Assembly (NCBI GenBank): GCA_032718475.1
Contig: JAUCBJ010006404.1
Span: 1 to 64,000, forward strand
DNA from: Nemertoderma westbladi
Taxonomy: Eukaryota; Animalia; Xenacoelomorpha
Reading direction: 5' to 3'
DNA: 64,000 bases
The notes under the pieces were generated by a model. The model worked only from the letters and a program-made list of their open reading frames with translations, made no database searches and was not told where the DNA came from. A program made the translations under genes and the position numbers. This document shows positions 13,001-27,381 of this stretch, piece after piece; within the stretch, counting starts at the first letter, position 1, and each line of letters starts with the position of its first letter.

Positions 13001-15022
13001 TCTCCACACATGCACCCTTATATGGCTCTCTCCATACATGCACCATTATCTTGCTTTCCCCACACATGCATCATTTTCTTGCTTGCTCTCTCCACACATG
13101 AACCATATTCTTGCATTCTCCACACATGCACCATTATCTTGCTTTCTCCACACATGCACCATTATCTTGCTTTCTCCACACATGCACCATTATCTTGCTT
13201 TCTCCACATATGCACCATTACCTTGCGTTCTCCACACATGCACCCTTATATGGCTCTCTCCACACATGCACCATTATCTTGCTTTCTCCACACATGCACC
13301 ACTATGTTGCTTTCTCCACACATCCACCATTATCTTGCTTTCTCCACACATGCACCATTACCTTGCGTTCTCCACACATGCACCCTTATATGGTTCTCTT
13401 CACACATGCACCATTACCTTGCGTTCTCCAACATGCACCATTATCTTGCTTTCTCCACACATCCACCATTAGCTTGCGTTCTCCAACATGCACCATTATC
13501 TTGCTTTCTCCACACATGCACCATTACCTTGCATTCTCCAACATGCACCATTATCTTGCTTTCTCCACACATGCACCATTATCTTGCTTTCTCCACACAT
13601 GCACCATTATCTTGCTTTCTCCACACATGCACCATTATCTTGCTTTCTCCACACATGCACCACTATGTTGCTTTCTCCACACATCCACCATTACCTTGCG
13701 TTCTCCAACATGCACCATTATCTTGCTTTCTCCACACATGCACCATTATCTTGCTTTCTCCACACATGCATCATCCTCTTGCTTTCTTCACACATGCACC
13801 ATTATCTTGCTTTCTCCACACATGCACCATTATCTTGCTTTCTCCACACATGCACCATTATATGGTTCTCTTCACACATGCACCATTATCTTGCTTTCTC
13901 CACACATGCACCATTACCTTGCATTCTCCAACATGCACCATTATCTTGCTTTCTCCACACATGCACCATTACCTTGCATTCTCCAACATGCACCATTATC
14001 TTGCTTTCTCCACACATGCACCATTATCTTGCTTTCTCCACACATGCACCATTATCTTGCTTTCTCCACACATGCACCATTATCTTGCTTTCTCCACACA
14101 TGCACCACTATGTTGCTTTCTCCACACATCCACCATTACCTTGCGTTCTCCAACATGCACCATTATCTTGCGTTCTCCACACATGCACCATTACCTTGCG
14201 TTCTCCACACATGCACCATTATCTTGCTTTCTCCACACATGCACCATTATCTTGCTCTCTCCACACATCCACCATTATTTGGTTCTCTTCACACATGCAC
14301 CATTCTCTTGCTTTCTCCACACATGCACCATTACCTTGCGTTCTCCACACATGCACCATTACCTTGCGTTCTCCACACATGCACCATTATCTTGCTTTCT
14401 CCACACATGCACCATTACCTTGCGTTTTCCACACATGCACCATTCTATGGTTCTCTTCACACATGCACCATTATCTTGCTTTCTCCACACATGCACCATT
14501 ATATGGTTCTCTTCACACATCCACCATTACCTTGCTTTCTCCACACATGCACCATTACCTTGCGTTCTCCACACATGCACCATTATATGGTTCTCTTCAC
14601 ACATGCACCATTATCTTGCTTTCTCCACACATGCACCATTATATGGTTCTCTTCACACATCCACCATTACGTTGCTTTCTCCACACATGCACCATTACCT
14701 TGCGTTCTCCACACATGCACCATTACCTTGCGTTCTCCACAAATGCACCATTACCTTGCTTTCTCCATACATGCACCATTACCTTGCGTTCTCCCCACAT
14801 GCACAATTATCTTGCTTTCTCCACACATGCACCATTATCTTGCTTTCTCCACACATGCACCATTATATGGTTCTCTTCACACATGTACCATTACCTTGCG
14901 TTCTCCACACATGCACCATTATCTTGCTTTCTCCACACATGCACCATTATCTTGCTTTCTCCACACATGCACCATTGTATGGTTCTCTCCATACATGCAC
15001 CATACCCTTACTTTCTCCACAC
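10099..15022. repeat. 28-bp satellite, about 175 copies, with higher-order structure
   Basis: Consensus TTGCTTTCTCCACACATGCACCATTATC. Variant blocks recur, for example at a 504-bp offset (12183 vs 12687). Confidence 0.95.
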
Positions 15023-17080
15023 ATATATACTGATGAATATGATTAACGCAAAATAAATTATTGCTGTTCAATGACTTCCTGGCTGGAACCTACATTACCT
15101 TTATTTACATTGCCAAGCTCTGTAGTATTTGACTTAATAATGGTGCCAGAAAAATAGTTTGGCTAAACTTCTAGCAACTACTATTGCATGTGAGGTGACA
15201 AGGTGGCCTGTTAATGGAAATAGAAACATTCTCAAATGAGAGTTTGAGTTGTTTTGTATAGAATACATATGATATTTCAGAGATCAGATATGTATGTGAA
15301 ATTGCTTAATGTGATCGATACTATTGCAAGCTGTTAATTCAATTCTTCAAAGTCAACATTATTGATAGTCATTAAAAATATACAGACAGATGTTATTAAC
15401 ATATATGAATTCCATTAGAGAATTCAGAGTGAGACTCTGCAGTATATAGGAATCAATAGAATATCTTTACACGTAAAAATTATACAGAAATATACCGAAT
15501 ATACAAAAAGTGATGATTCTACTTTTTTCTTGTGGATGAAATACATATTGTCACAATGATGACTTACCTATTTCTGTAATAATGTTGTTTAAAAAGGAAT
15601 TGCGATAATTTTGTGTGCAAATATAAAAGTGCTTATATTTATGTTTACGTATAAGCTTGGTAATATATACGTACAGTATTATACAAATATACATAACTGA
15701 TATGGAGGTATGCAAATCTCAAAATGTATTTCAGATCAAGCAAGTGTGCTTTCCACGTTTGGCAATACATAACGACATTAACAAAGACTGGGAAATCTCT
15801 ATGATTGAGGAGTGGCGTATGATATTTATATTTTATACATAAAATATAAAAACTTACATTGGGTGTGGCGTGGAACGGAATGTTTATTATCACTCACTTA
15901 TATTTATACAATAAAAGTCAGTGGCTTCCATAATTGTAGTTATAGTAAAGTCCCCAACCAGCAATAGGACATTCCTATTCTCAACAAGTAATATGAATGA
16001 ATGTAACCTCCATTAAACATGAACAAAATCAATACGTTTTGAGTTTGCCAATTTAAAAGTTTGCAATGAAGAGTGCTTCAGATCGCTGTTCACTAATATG
16101 TTATGGTATATTTTAAAAAATCAAAAGTCTCACATAATTAATGGGAGTTTTCCTATAAGAGTTTTCCTATAATCTTGAAGTACAATTAAATGGTAGTTAC
16201 TTAGAGCAGTGCCATTGGCATGCCTCTGACAACCATTATATATATACAGATTGCACCAGTTAACCTCTACTAACCCCGATCGTTACCCCCCAATGACAGC
16301 AGTGAGCTATTGTGAACTTTTCCATATCTGATAAATTGGTATAATAACATTTGTCATATAAATATTAAACAATACATTATATTGCCACGATTTGAATATT
16401 GACAAGTGTTATCAGTGAAACATTTTCAGAAATAGAAAATAATAGAATGGCTTTATCTGATAGCAAATAGCCCTTTCGCGGTGAACCTTGTGCTCAAAAG
16501 ATAAATGATATTTATCTTCCTATTGCCATGAATTGCTAAGCACATATGCCTCTATGCAGAATGTATGTAAACCTAACTAACACTTAAACCACAGCTTGTA
16601 TATTTCTCACTGAATGCCATTTTCAGTTTCACTAAAACTATATAAAATGAATAAGATGCATGTGTTGTGTTATATTATATTCCTGGTACGATGTGTTGTA
16701 TAGATACATAGATATATACATGAGAAATGTTAAAGTTCAGATAAATTTGGGATGATGCAGTTGCGGTTGGGCATGTTGAAAAAATCCTATAATAGAGATA
16801 TTTAATCACGAACTTTCTGTTTCTGACTAGCTTTCAGACACTAGCATGATAATTATTATATATAAATATAGTCAATGTGAAAAAAAAGCTTTAGAGTTGT
16901 AAATCACTTGCCCAGTACGATACTTGTTATACTATAAATGTTAAATGGTTTGTCGATTGTATTGTCAAGTATATCACTTGGCCAGTCACTTTCAATTTTT
17001 TGAATCGGTTTTACAAAACATCAAAATAACAAACTACTTATTGCTGGTTATTTTTTCCGCACCATTATGTTTATGTATTA

Positions 17081-17995
17081 CACCATGACCCGTAATAAAG
17101 TGTCATTTTCTGTTGACACGGACCCCCCCAAATTTTTCTACAAATCTTTATCATATTGCTTGAATTTTGAAACACAACTAGTTCAACTCACCGCGGTTGT
17201 TACCATGAAGCCGGAATTTTCGGTTTCGCCTTTAAATTTTTTCTATAAGCGTTTAAAACAGTATCTTTTGTGAAATCGCACCATCCGTATCCTTGCCATT
17301 CTCCACATTAGTCGTAATTTTTTCATATCAATAGAAAGCTTGCGTTGCAAGGATTCGAAACATGTAAACATAATAATTTGAATTTCGTTGAGAAACAGCT
17401 GAGATATAGGAGTTCAAAGATTGCAAGAATTATCGTTCGCTGCAGGCCATTTATTCTATTCAATAAATACACAATGTTCTGGAACAATTTGTTTATGTAT
17501 GAATAGCTACGCAATATAGATATTGTATAGGCATTCCGCTGTTGCCTACCAACTCATAAAACAAATAACAACACGTTCTAGAATTTTGTGTATTTATTAA
17601 ATTCTATTTATTAAATAGAACAAATGGCATACAGAAAGAACAATAATTCTTGCAATCTTTGAATGCCTATATCTCAGCTGTTTCTCAACGAAATTCAGCT
17701 ATTGTTACATATTTGGAATCCTTGCAATTCAAGCTTTCTATTGATATGAGAAATATACGACCAATGTTAAGAATGGCAATGATACGGATGGTGTGATTTC
17801 GCAAAAGATACTTTTTTAAGACGCTTATAGAAAAAATTTAAAGGCGAAATAAAAAATTCCGGCTTCATGGTAACAACCACTGTGAGTTGAACTAGATGTG
17901 TTTCAAATTTCAAGCAATATGATAAAATTTGTAAAAAAATTTGGGGGGGGGGGTCCATGTCACCAGAAAATGACACTATATTAAGGGCCGTGGTG
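17081..17995. mobile_element. MITE with about 400-bp TIRs and TA TSD (Tc1/mariner-like)
   Basis: TA|CACCATGACCCGTAATA...TTAAGGGCCGTGGTG|TA. The arms at about 17081-17490 and 17590-17995 are diverged reverse complements. Confidence 0.8.
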
Positions 17996-18097
17996 TACTA
18001 CTTCGAAGTATTTCGATAAAGTTTGATAAGAATGTTTAGATCCTATCAACTAGTATTTCATATGCAATTCATATAAACCATGATCTGAAATATACTG

Positions 18098-18620
18098 TAC
18101 ACGACCCCCCTCCAAAAAAAATATCTACAAAATGTTAATGAGATTACATGAAATTTGAAACATATACAGTTTCACCTACATCCTCGTTACTGGGAGAACC
18201 AGAATTTTTATTTTCGCTTTCAATGTCTAGCTAGAAGCGTTTGAAAAAAGAGTCTCAGGCGATATTGCACTAGTCGAACTGCAGTTATTCTTGAAACTTT
18301 TAGTAATTGGTTGTTTTAGCAATGGAAAGCTAGCCGTGCAATTATTCCAAATATGTAAAAACATTTTAATTTGTTTTGATAATGGCTGAATAATTTTGAG
18401 AAAATCTTGAAAATTTGAATGCCCATTAACCAGCTATTTTCAACCAAATTTAAAAATGTACATATTTGGAATACTTGCACGGCCAACTATCCACTAGTAC
18501 GACTGTAGTTCGACTGGTGCAATATCGCCGGAGACTCTTTTTCCAAACGCTTCGCAAAGATTGAAAGCGAAAATAAAAATTCTGGCACTCCCAGTAAGGA
18601 CGTACAGTAGGTGAAAAGGC
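18098..18620. mobile_element. Related diverged MITE remnant
   Basis: About 18170-18360 is the reverse complement of about 18460-18616, and resembles the internal motifs of the 17081 element. Confidence 0.6.
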
Positions 18621-18816
18621 AACTTTGTGAAATAAATATATTACGTATTTATGCACACATGAAAACCAATATAATTATCTCCCTTATGGCCCATTTATCT
18701 ATAATACACCTCGATCGCAACGCTAACGCTGTTACATTTCTCCATATAGTTAATAACATGTAGGCCTATCCACATTATATGTTATAGGTTAGGCAATATT
18801 TTTGTGTTCAAACATA

Positions 18817-18917
18817 CACCATGACTCGTAATAGTGTCATCATTTTCTGATGACACCGAACCCCCCCCCCCCCCCCCCCCCCAATTTTTTTTTACAAATT
18901 TTATTCATATTGCTTGA
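18817..18917 (+). mobile_element. Truncated terminus of the 17081 MITE family
   Basis: TA|CACCATGACTCGTAATAGTGTCAT...TTTTCTGATGACAC-poly(C) matches the left TIR of that element. Confidence 0.7.
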
Positions 18918-18939
18918 TATTGCGGTATATTGCGGTAAC

Positions 18940-19371
18940 ATAGTGTATGGATGATATAAATAAAATAAAATATTGAGGGTCTTTAGCTGGTTATATTATA
19001 TTAAATAAAGATACAATATTAAACGTTTTCGACCTACCGGTCTGCATCAGACTATGTACTGGCAACTAACAGGAGGAGTAGAGGGTCTATATAAAAATGA
19101 GTTAATGGGGAATACCTGATAGGTAAATATATACAATATAATATATAAATATATAATATATATACACACTAACTTTTCTGGGATTTACCTATCAGGTATT
19201 CCCCATTAACTCATTTTTATATAGACCCTCTACTTTTCCTGTTAGTTGCCAGTACATAGTCTGATGCAGACCGGTAGGTCGAAAACGTTTAATATTGTAT
19301 CTTTATTTAATATAATATCGCCAGCTAAAGACCCTCAATATTTTATTTTATTTCTATCATTCATACACTAT
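18940..19371. mobile_element. Inverted pair of Penelope-like pLTR fragments
   Basis: Arms 18940-19128 and 19183-19371 are near-identical reverse complements, and each carries a minimal hammerhead-like motif. Confidence 0.6.
19253..19299 (+). ncRNA. Minimal type I hammerhead ribozyme-like motif with a variant core
   Basis: TACATAGT-CTGATG-CA-GACC-GGTA-GGTC-GAAA-ACGTTT-AATATTGTA. It has a 4-bp stem II, a palindromic stem III (AACGTT) and an imperfect stem I. A mirror copy lies at 19012-19058 (-). Confidence 0.5.
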
Positions 19372-21871
19372 ATAACGGGCCATGCTGTATTAGCGGAAGA
19401 TGCTTAAATTAATAAAAGTTGACTTAAATAAATAAATAATATAACTTAAACAGCTGACGTACCTGATAATTGCGATAAAGAAACAGGAAACCGGAATGTT
19501 ATATTAGTTAAAAAGTTAAATTATATTGTAGGTAACTGTGGCCCATATCTCAGCTATTATTTGTAACTATATATTAAGATTAAAACTTTGAGTAAGTCAT
19601 TCAACTTTAAGAGAAATGCGGATCGATAAAAGTATTGAACGGGAGCGAAAGATATATGTGTATGAAGTGAGTGAGGTTAGAGAGGGAACACATGCTAGAT
19701 CTCTCACAAAGGAACACAATGCTACTCTAAACCTACAGCATAACCAACATAAAAATAAATATAAAATCAATTGTCATAAAATATTCCACTCTATACAGGC
19801 ATATGAACTGTTAGTGCTCTAGCGCTCGTTATTAAGGTCTCTACTATTAACCATACAGTACTGGAGCGCCCACACGAGTGGGTTATATTAGCTATAGAGT
19901 AATCCAACACAATTTATAACGTTGGTTCTTCATTCACGTTTCCAGCAATGCATTTCTCCTTCACTACTACCCTATTCGTCCCTATTTAATGCTGATAAGC
20001 AGCTGCTTCATTTGTATATAAATATTTTATGATCTCCACTCAATGCTAAAGCGATGCAGTTGCTGCAACGATCATGTACCATTTATGCAGGCATGTTTAT
20101 TGTTAAAAGTATATAAAAATAACTACACACGTACATTAGTTCCTAATGAAAGCATCAACAACTAAAGATGATCTATCTACACATGTGTACGTACAGATCA
20201 CTCCACTATGTTTTATCGATAAACAAGGAAGAGCTTACAGAGATATAGAATCTAGAGGTCTTTGACCTTCGTTGAGTAAGAGGTTCTTGACCTTTATTGA
20301 CTGTCAATCAATGGAAGGAAAGCATTCTACGTAATGGACGAGGGCGTGAGGTATTACCAGAGATAGGATTAGCTCTTAATGTTTATTTCTACCCCTATCT
20401 TGACTATGTAATGTACAATTTTGTTTGAACAATAAATACAACATTCATTTAAGATATAAATTAATTAAGCCCAATAAGCCATAATAAACCATATAAACCC
20501 ACTAAATTAAAATAAGCATGATAAAGGATGCACTGTGTGGTGTATCTGTGTAATGTAAATAGGCAATGTATGTACGGCATCGATATAGCAGTGCAGAGCT
20601 AGTGGACGCTTTAAAAATACCAGGAAGAGAGGCGGAACAAGTGGTGAAGAATGAGTTAATGGTAAATAATAGATGGTGCAGAGTGAGTGTCAAAATATTA
20701 AAGGGTACATACAGTAGTTTAGGGCTGGGTAGGGGTAGGGTATGTACTAGTAGGTCGAGCGAGCTCTCTGACAGATGAGCACCCAGTATAGGAGGATGGG
20801 CATACATTGCTATTGCATAGATTCATTCGGTAGTCAAGTCATACCTAAATCTTCAGTACCCTAACTAAGCAAGTGTTCTGACCGGGCTTACCAAATGGGC
20901 TAAATATTAGGTATATTAGGTTCCTAAATATTGTTGATGTTATAGATTTATTTTAGGCAATGCCACCGGAAATATATACAACTAGTTAATGATGGGAGAT
21001 GACAATTTAAACCGGATATTTAATCGCCTTTTGGTTAATATAGGCCTACCTATAATCAGAATCAGCATGCTGCACTGCAGCAGCATTCAGATTGTTATGC
21101 CGGCTTATCGAAGAAATTGCACTGCCACACCACAACGCTCTATTCACGATTTTCGGAAGATCACATGCATCTTCAATGAAAGTCTCCTTTAAGAGGCGTC
21201 TCAAGAAAACATAACTTTTAAATAAAAATATTTCAGTAACAGGATAGAAATGTAACAACTACATTATGATAATAATGCTTACAAAAATAACTGATCTTTA
21301 TTAATGGGCACAAAAATGAAAATGTTGAAATTTTCAAAAAGCACAAAAATGAAATTTAACTAAGTGATTAATATTTATATATTATACATATATATATAAA
21401 ATAAAAATATATAATATATTTTTGTTTTATATTTTGTGTAATGTTCGATTAGTTTTAGTATTTCGAGTTAAAAAGCACTACATTTATATTTAATTAATTA
21501 TTGATAATGTGAGCGCTGAGCTGTCAAATATATATACTTTGTAACATATTATTTTATTATTATTAAATTATATTAAAATTCTCCCACTTAATTAGTGTTT
21601 TTCATCGAATATATTAACTTACATCGCAATCCACCTTATAGTATAGTTGATTTATTTTTCTAGTTAATATTTTTTCGTTTTAAATGTACAAATAATGTCT
21701 AAACGGTACTCAATTACAACATACTTGGAGACCTTGTGGGCAGGTTAGTAAAGAAGTAGGTTACGGAGGCGGGTTGAAAGGAACCAAAACAATAAACAAG
21801 AGTTAGGAATATTGTAGAAAACCCAATTTAACATAGTCAACGAAGAATTAACAGCATGAAAATCAACAGTC

Positions 21872-23648
21872 AGGCGTAGGTGTAGGTGTAGGTGTAGGTG
21901 TAGGTGTAGGTGTAGGTGTAGGTGTAGGTGTAGGTGTAGGTGTAGGTGTAGGTGTAGGTGTAGGTGTAGGTGTAGGTGTAGGTGTAGGTGTAGGTGTAGG
22001 TGTAGGTGTAGGTGTAGGTGTAGGTGTAGGTGTAGGTTAGGTGTAGGTGTAGGTGTAGGTGTAGGTGTGTAGGTGTAGGTGTAGGTGTAGGTGTAGGTGT
22101 AGGTGTAGGTGTAGGTGTAGGTGTAGGTGTAGGTGTAGGTGTAGGTGTAGGTGTAGGTGTAGGTGTAGGTGTAGTGTAGGTGTAGGTGTAGGTGTAGGTG
22201 TAGGTGTAGGTGTAGGTGTAGGTGTAGGTGTAGGTGTAGGTGTAGGTGTAGGTGTAGGTGTAGGTGTAGGTGTAGGTGTAGGTGTAGGTGTAGGTGTAGG
22301 TGTAGGTGTAGGTGTAGGTGTAGGTGTAGGTGTAGGTGTAGGTGTAGGTGTAGGTGTAGGTGTAGGTGTAGGTGTAGGTGTAGGTGTAGGTGTAGGTGTA
22401 GGTGTAGGTGTAGGTGTAGGTGTAGGTGTAGGTGTAGGTGTAGGTGTAGGTGTAGGTGTAGGTGTAGGTGTAGGTGTAGGTGTAGGTGTAGGTGTAGGTG
22501 TAGGTGTAGGTGTAGGTGTAGGTGTAGGTGTAGGTGTAGGTGTAGGTGTAGGTGTAGGTGTAGGTGTAGGTGTAGGTGTAGGTGTAGGTGTAGGTTTAGG
22601 TTAGGTGTAGGTGTAGGTGTAGGTGTAGGTGTAGGTGTAGGTGTAGGTGTAGGCGTAGGTAGGTGTAGGTGTAGGTGTAGGTGTAGGTGTAGGTGTAGGT
22701 GTAGGTGTAGGTGTAGGTGTAGGTGTAGGTGTAGGTGTAGGTGTAGGTGTAGGTGTAGGTGTAGGTGTAGGTGTAGGTGTAGGTGTAGGTGTAGGTGTAG
22801 GTGTAGGTGTAGGTGTAGGTGTAGGTGTAGGTGTAGGTGTAGTGTAGGTGTAGGTGTAGGTGTAGGTGTAGGTGTAGGTGTAGGTGTAGGTGTAGGTGTA
22901 GGTGTAGGTGTAGGTGTAGGTGTAGGTGTAGGTGTAGGTGTAGGTGTAGGTGTAGGTGTAGGTGTAGGTGTAGGTGTAGGTGTAGGTGTAGGTGTAGGTG
23001 TAGGTGTAGGTGTAGGTGTAGGTGTAGGTGTAGGTGTAGGTGTAGGTGTAGGTGTAGGTGTAGGTGTAGGTGTAGGTGTAGGTGTAGGTGTAGGTGTAGG
23101 TGTAGGTGTAGGTGTAGGTGTAGGTGTAGGTGTAGGTGTAGGTGTAGGTGTAGGTGTAGGTGTAGGTGTAGGTGTAGGTGTAGGTGTAGGTGTAGGTGTA
23201 GGTGTAGGTGTAGGTGTAGGTGTAGGTGTAGGTGTTGGTGTAGGTGTAGGTTTAGGTTTAGGTGTAGGTGTAGGTGTAGGTGTAGGTGTAGGTGTAGGTG
23301 TAGGTGTAGGTGTAGGCGTATGTGTAGGTGTAGGTGTAGGTGTAGGTGTAGGTGTAGGTGTAGGTGTAGGTGTAGGTGTAGGTGTAGGTGTAGGTGTAGG
23401 TGTAGGTGTAGGTGTAGGTGTAGGTGTAGGTGTAGGTGTAGGTGTAGGTGTAGGTGTAGGTGTAGGTGTAGGTGTAGGTGTAGGTGTAGGTGTAGGTGTA
23501 GGTGTAGGTGTAGGTGTAGGTGTAGATGTAGGTGTAGGTGTAGGTGTAGGTGTAGGTGTAGGTGTAGATGTAGGTGTAGGTGTAGGTGTAGGTGTAGGTG
23601 TAGGTGTAGGTGTAGGTGTAGGTGTAGGTGTAGGTGTAGGTGTAGGTG
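21872..23648. repeat. (AGGTGT)n hexamer array, about 295 copies
   Basis: Direct reading, with rare AGGTTT, AGGCGT and AGATGT variants and 1-2 nt slips. Confidence 0.97.
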
Positions 23649-24151
23649 ACAACTCCACCTCCCCTTCTCCATGTAGATCGTGGCACAATAAAAGTAGCCG
23701 TGTAAAAGCCGAACATAAAAAAAACAGTTTAACAGTTTATTCTTGAAGAAAAATAAATTAATGCGCCTTCAGATCAATACGTAGATGAGTGCGATACACT
23801 GTATTGCGGTGTATTGCGGTGTATAGCGGTGTTCGGCTTCCATGCATACAACCTTCATACGCACAACAACCGCCTTGTCGCTTTCAAATGCTAATTAAAA
23901 TTATTGTTGTGTATAGAAAGGTGTGTGCTAGCCATATATATTATCATCATTTCATAATATTTGCACGGCCTTGAGAAACACATCAGTTCAAACTTTATAT
24001 GAATATTATTTGGGGTTTATTTAGTAAATTACTGTAATCTAATATAAAATATTGTTAAGCATAAGCAGTATGTAAACGAAAATGAGTAATGGCCGGATTC
24101 GTTTACGAAATGTCAGACTGGCCAATGATTATATATAGCTTTTAAATTTTC

Positions 24152-24424
24152 GCCCATGTGAAGAATACCAGGATTTCACTTTTCGGTCGACTTTTTGTTG
24201 GAATTTTATATATTATGAAAATTTTTTCTAAATTTATCTTTATTAAGTGTTTTATAGCGCTCATTTATGTCTTATAACCTTTACATATAATAATTCGATT
24301 ACTGTTTTGGTTAGATTCAGCCCTTTTGTAACCTGTGTTTTTGGTGAAAACCTGGTATTCTTCACATGGGGGTAACTGCAAAGTGAAATATAACGGCAGA
24401 AAGTCTGGTATTCTTCACATGGGC
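24152..24424. mobile_element. Small MITE remnant (PIF/Harbinger-like ends)
   Basis: GCCCATGTGAAGAATACCAG at 24152, with inverted copies CTGGTATTCTTCACATGGG at about 24352 and 24405. Confidence 0.5.
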
Positions 24425-26382
24425 CTAAATTTTTGTTCAACTCACAGTTTTATTGAAATACTTTATCAGTTAGAACTTGCGCACAACTTTAATTCAGAAA
24501 TTAGGCTGAGTGTATAATTTAACATTAATCACTTCATAAAAATATACCAACCTAGTATTTAAAACAACTAGACTGCTGTGTACTCTTGTCAATACAGTTT
24601 GGCTGCAAAGTTTTCTTGTTTACCTTCCTTTTCAAATAATATTCTTTAAATCCGAAGAGTAAAATAATGAGAGTAACAATTTCGATTTTACATAATAATA
24701 ATCTGCAACCAAAAACCAATAGCTAAAACTGTTTTATTTTTTAGGTCAGCGCGACAGCGAAAAGCATTGCTGAAAACTCATATCGAATGCCAATTACGAA
24801 AAGAACTGAAGAAAATCATTGGTACAATAATAAGAAAAAAACTCCACAATCCCCTTTATAAAATAATAACTATATGCAAAAATGAACTTATACATTGACA
24901 CCCCTGTATGTTATTCTTGAGTCTAATTGGTCGTAATAGGATTCAATGCACATGTACATGTATAATATTGATGTTGCCGGCATGCCAACCAGTGAGCATG
25001 AATGCATAAAAGGGATTGGTTGAATTACTGAGCTGTTGGTTGGATAGTACAGTATTTGGGAAGAACTACATAAACTGCATAGGACTGAAGTAATTATAGT
25101 TTCAACTTATTATACTGGGAAACATTTGGCCTACTAGTAGGGTGGATGCAGTGGGGTAATTACCATTGTTGGATAAACCATTAAAATAATATGACATCTG
25201 GCTGCCATATGTAGTAAATTACTGAAGCCAGAGTATAAAAGATGTTATTATTTCTATTTAGTCACAAGAAACTGGTAGTAAAATTGGTCATGTGAGTTTA
25301 CAAAATATTCGTGTTTCTTTGTCTAATAATAATAATATCATGAAAGGCAATGACCTCTGGTATCTAGCTGCTCGTCAAATAAAAATGGGTTCCTCTTGAG
25401 TGCAAGTGACCAAGTAATATTCATTCATATGCTTGATACCCGCTCAGATAACTTTGGTTATGGTTAATACACAACACAATATAAAGTAAAGTGTTAATAT
25501 GTTTGGGAGCATATTTTAGGTTTATTAAGCCAGGGGATATGCCTGTTTCCCACAGTATACAATTCCATTCCAAAAAGAGATTAACATATATATTTTTATA
25601 TTTTTTTTATATATTTCAACACATAAACCAATGAAGATTATTAGTGCCAACACGATACAGAATAATTGATGCACATGTAGGCCTACAGTAGTAGTACAGA
25701 TTCATAAATTCAAAAATTAATAATTATTATAATATTGCACGCACATGTGAAAAATATTAACTTAAACTGATCTGCACTCCAGAACACGCTCTCTTTGACG
25801 AAAAGTATCAAATAAATACCGACCCAGGTTTACCAACTTAGCTTTGTTGCTGTTCCCCCCAAGTAACTCACGGAATTTACCCTCAGTTGGGTTGTTTAAA
25901 TAACGCACACTGAAATATTTCTCGCGAATTTCAGTAAAACTATCACACACCAGTAGGAAATGAAATTCATCTTCAATGGCGTTGATATTGCACAATGGAC
26001 AAATTCTTGCTTCCCTGGGTATCCTGTACCACCTACCCCATTCAATCAGCAGTGCATGTGATTCTCATTAAACCAGTGTGACCACGTAGCATCGATAGAT
26101 AGTTTTCCAAGCCAAATTTAACTTTCACATAATGTAACCCCTTGGGTGACTGGTCAATCGATCCCCACCACGCCTGTATAAACTGCGCCTGTAATCTATC
26201 TTTCACATTAGAAAGAATAAAGAAACACCATATCATTCCCCACCCCTTGATTATCCCAGGCCCCGCTAAACCCCAGATTATTTATTAAGTCACGCACAGA
26301 AGACGCCCAATTCTTACAATTACTACGAGTATTGATATCATTTAATTGCATCTCATACGCATGCTTAATAAGCCTATTATCA

Positions 26383-27381
26383 TTACACTTTACAAAGTTT
26401 CAGCCAAAACTTTATAATTCTCAAATGCCTATCCAATATAAGCGGAAATACTCCGGATTCCCCATAGACCATAAAATTGGGAGTCGTCAGTTTAACTCCA
26501 AGTTGCCGCTTCAAAAATTTTAATTGCACGCGTTCTGTTTCAACCGACGATTGAAAACCCCACACTTCACTACCGTACAATAAAATAGGTTTCACTAATG
26601 AATTAAACAGTTCACAGGCCAACTTAAAGTCGGTTGTAGGAAAATTGACTAAATATTTTAGCAGCGCAAATTGCGCTTTCTCGCCTTTGTCTGCCAGACA
26701 TTTCTGTGCAGTTGCAAAGCTACCACCACTAGTAAATATAACTCCTAAATATGTATAGTCGCTAACAACCTTGACCTCGTGGCCGTTAAACATCCATTTT
26801 TCATGCATCGAAACTTGGCCTCCTTTCCTGAAAATTACTACGTTTGATTTATCGAGGTTAACAGTTAGCGACCAATATGCACAATAATTACTCAACACAT
26901 CAAACGCATGTTGCAGATCTTCCACTGAGTTAGCTATAAGCACAATATCATCTGCGTAAAGTAATAACAATAGTTTGAGAACACCAATAGAGATACCTTG
27001 TACACCATTATTATGCAGTTCGGCTTCTATATCATTTAAAAATAAATTGAACAACAAGGGACTGAGACATTCGCCTTGCCGTACTCTTAACCAACAAATA
27101 AACTCATTGGAATAAACACCATCTACCCGAACGCGAGATTTAACTGAGTTGTACATACTTTTGATTACATTTAACACATTCCCCGAAAACCCCAGCTTTA
27201 GTAGCTTAACCCACAATGCACTTCTATCAACGCAATCGAATGCTTTCCTTAGGTCAACAAATGCACAATATATTTTACCTATACCACTAGTTACAAAATG
27301 ATCAATTATAGATTTAAGTATAAATATTTGGTCTACTGTAGCGCGGCCCCAACGAAACCCTGATTGGGATTCAATAACCAC
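26383..27381 (-). pseudogene. Reverse transcriptase domain of the LINE ORF2
   Basis: 332-aa ORF with QG.LSP and YADD motifs, flanked by frameshifts. Confidence 0.9.

Noticed and set aside
10081-15056. Long His/Cys-rich ORFs up to 1243 aa
   Set aside because: They are translations of a 28-bp satellite that is open in all three plus frames, and the unit length is not a multiple of 3.
21745-23716. Pro-Thr, His-Leu and Tyr-Thr repeat ORFs
   Set aside because: Artefacts of the hexamer microsatellite.
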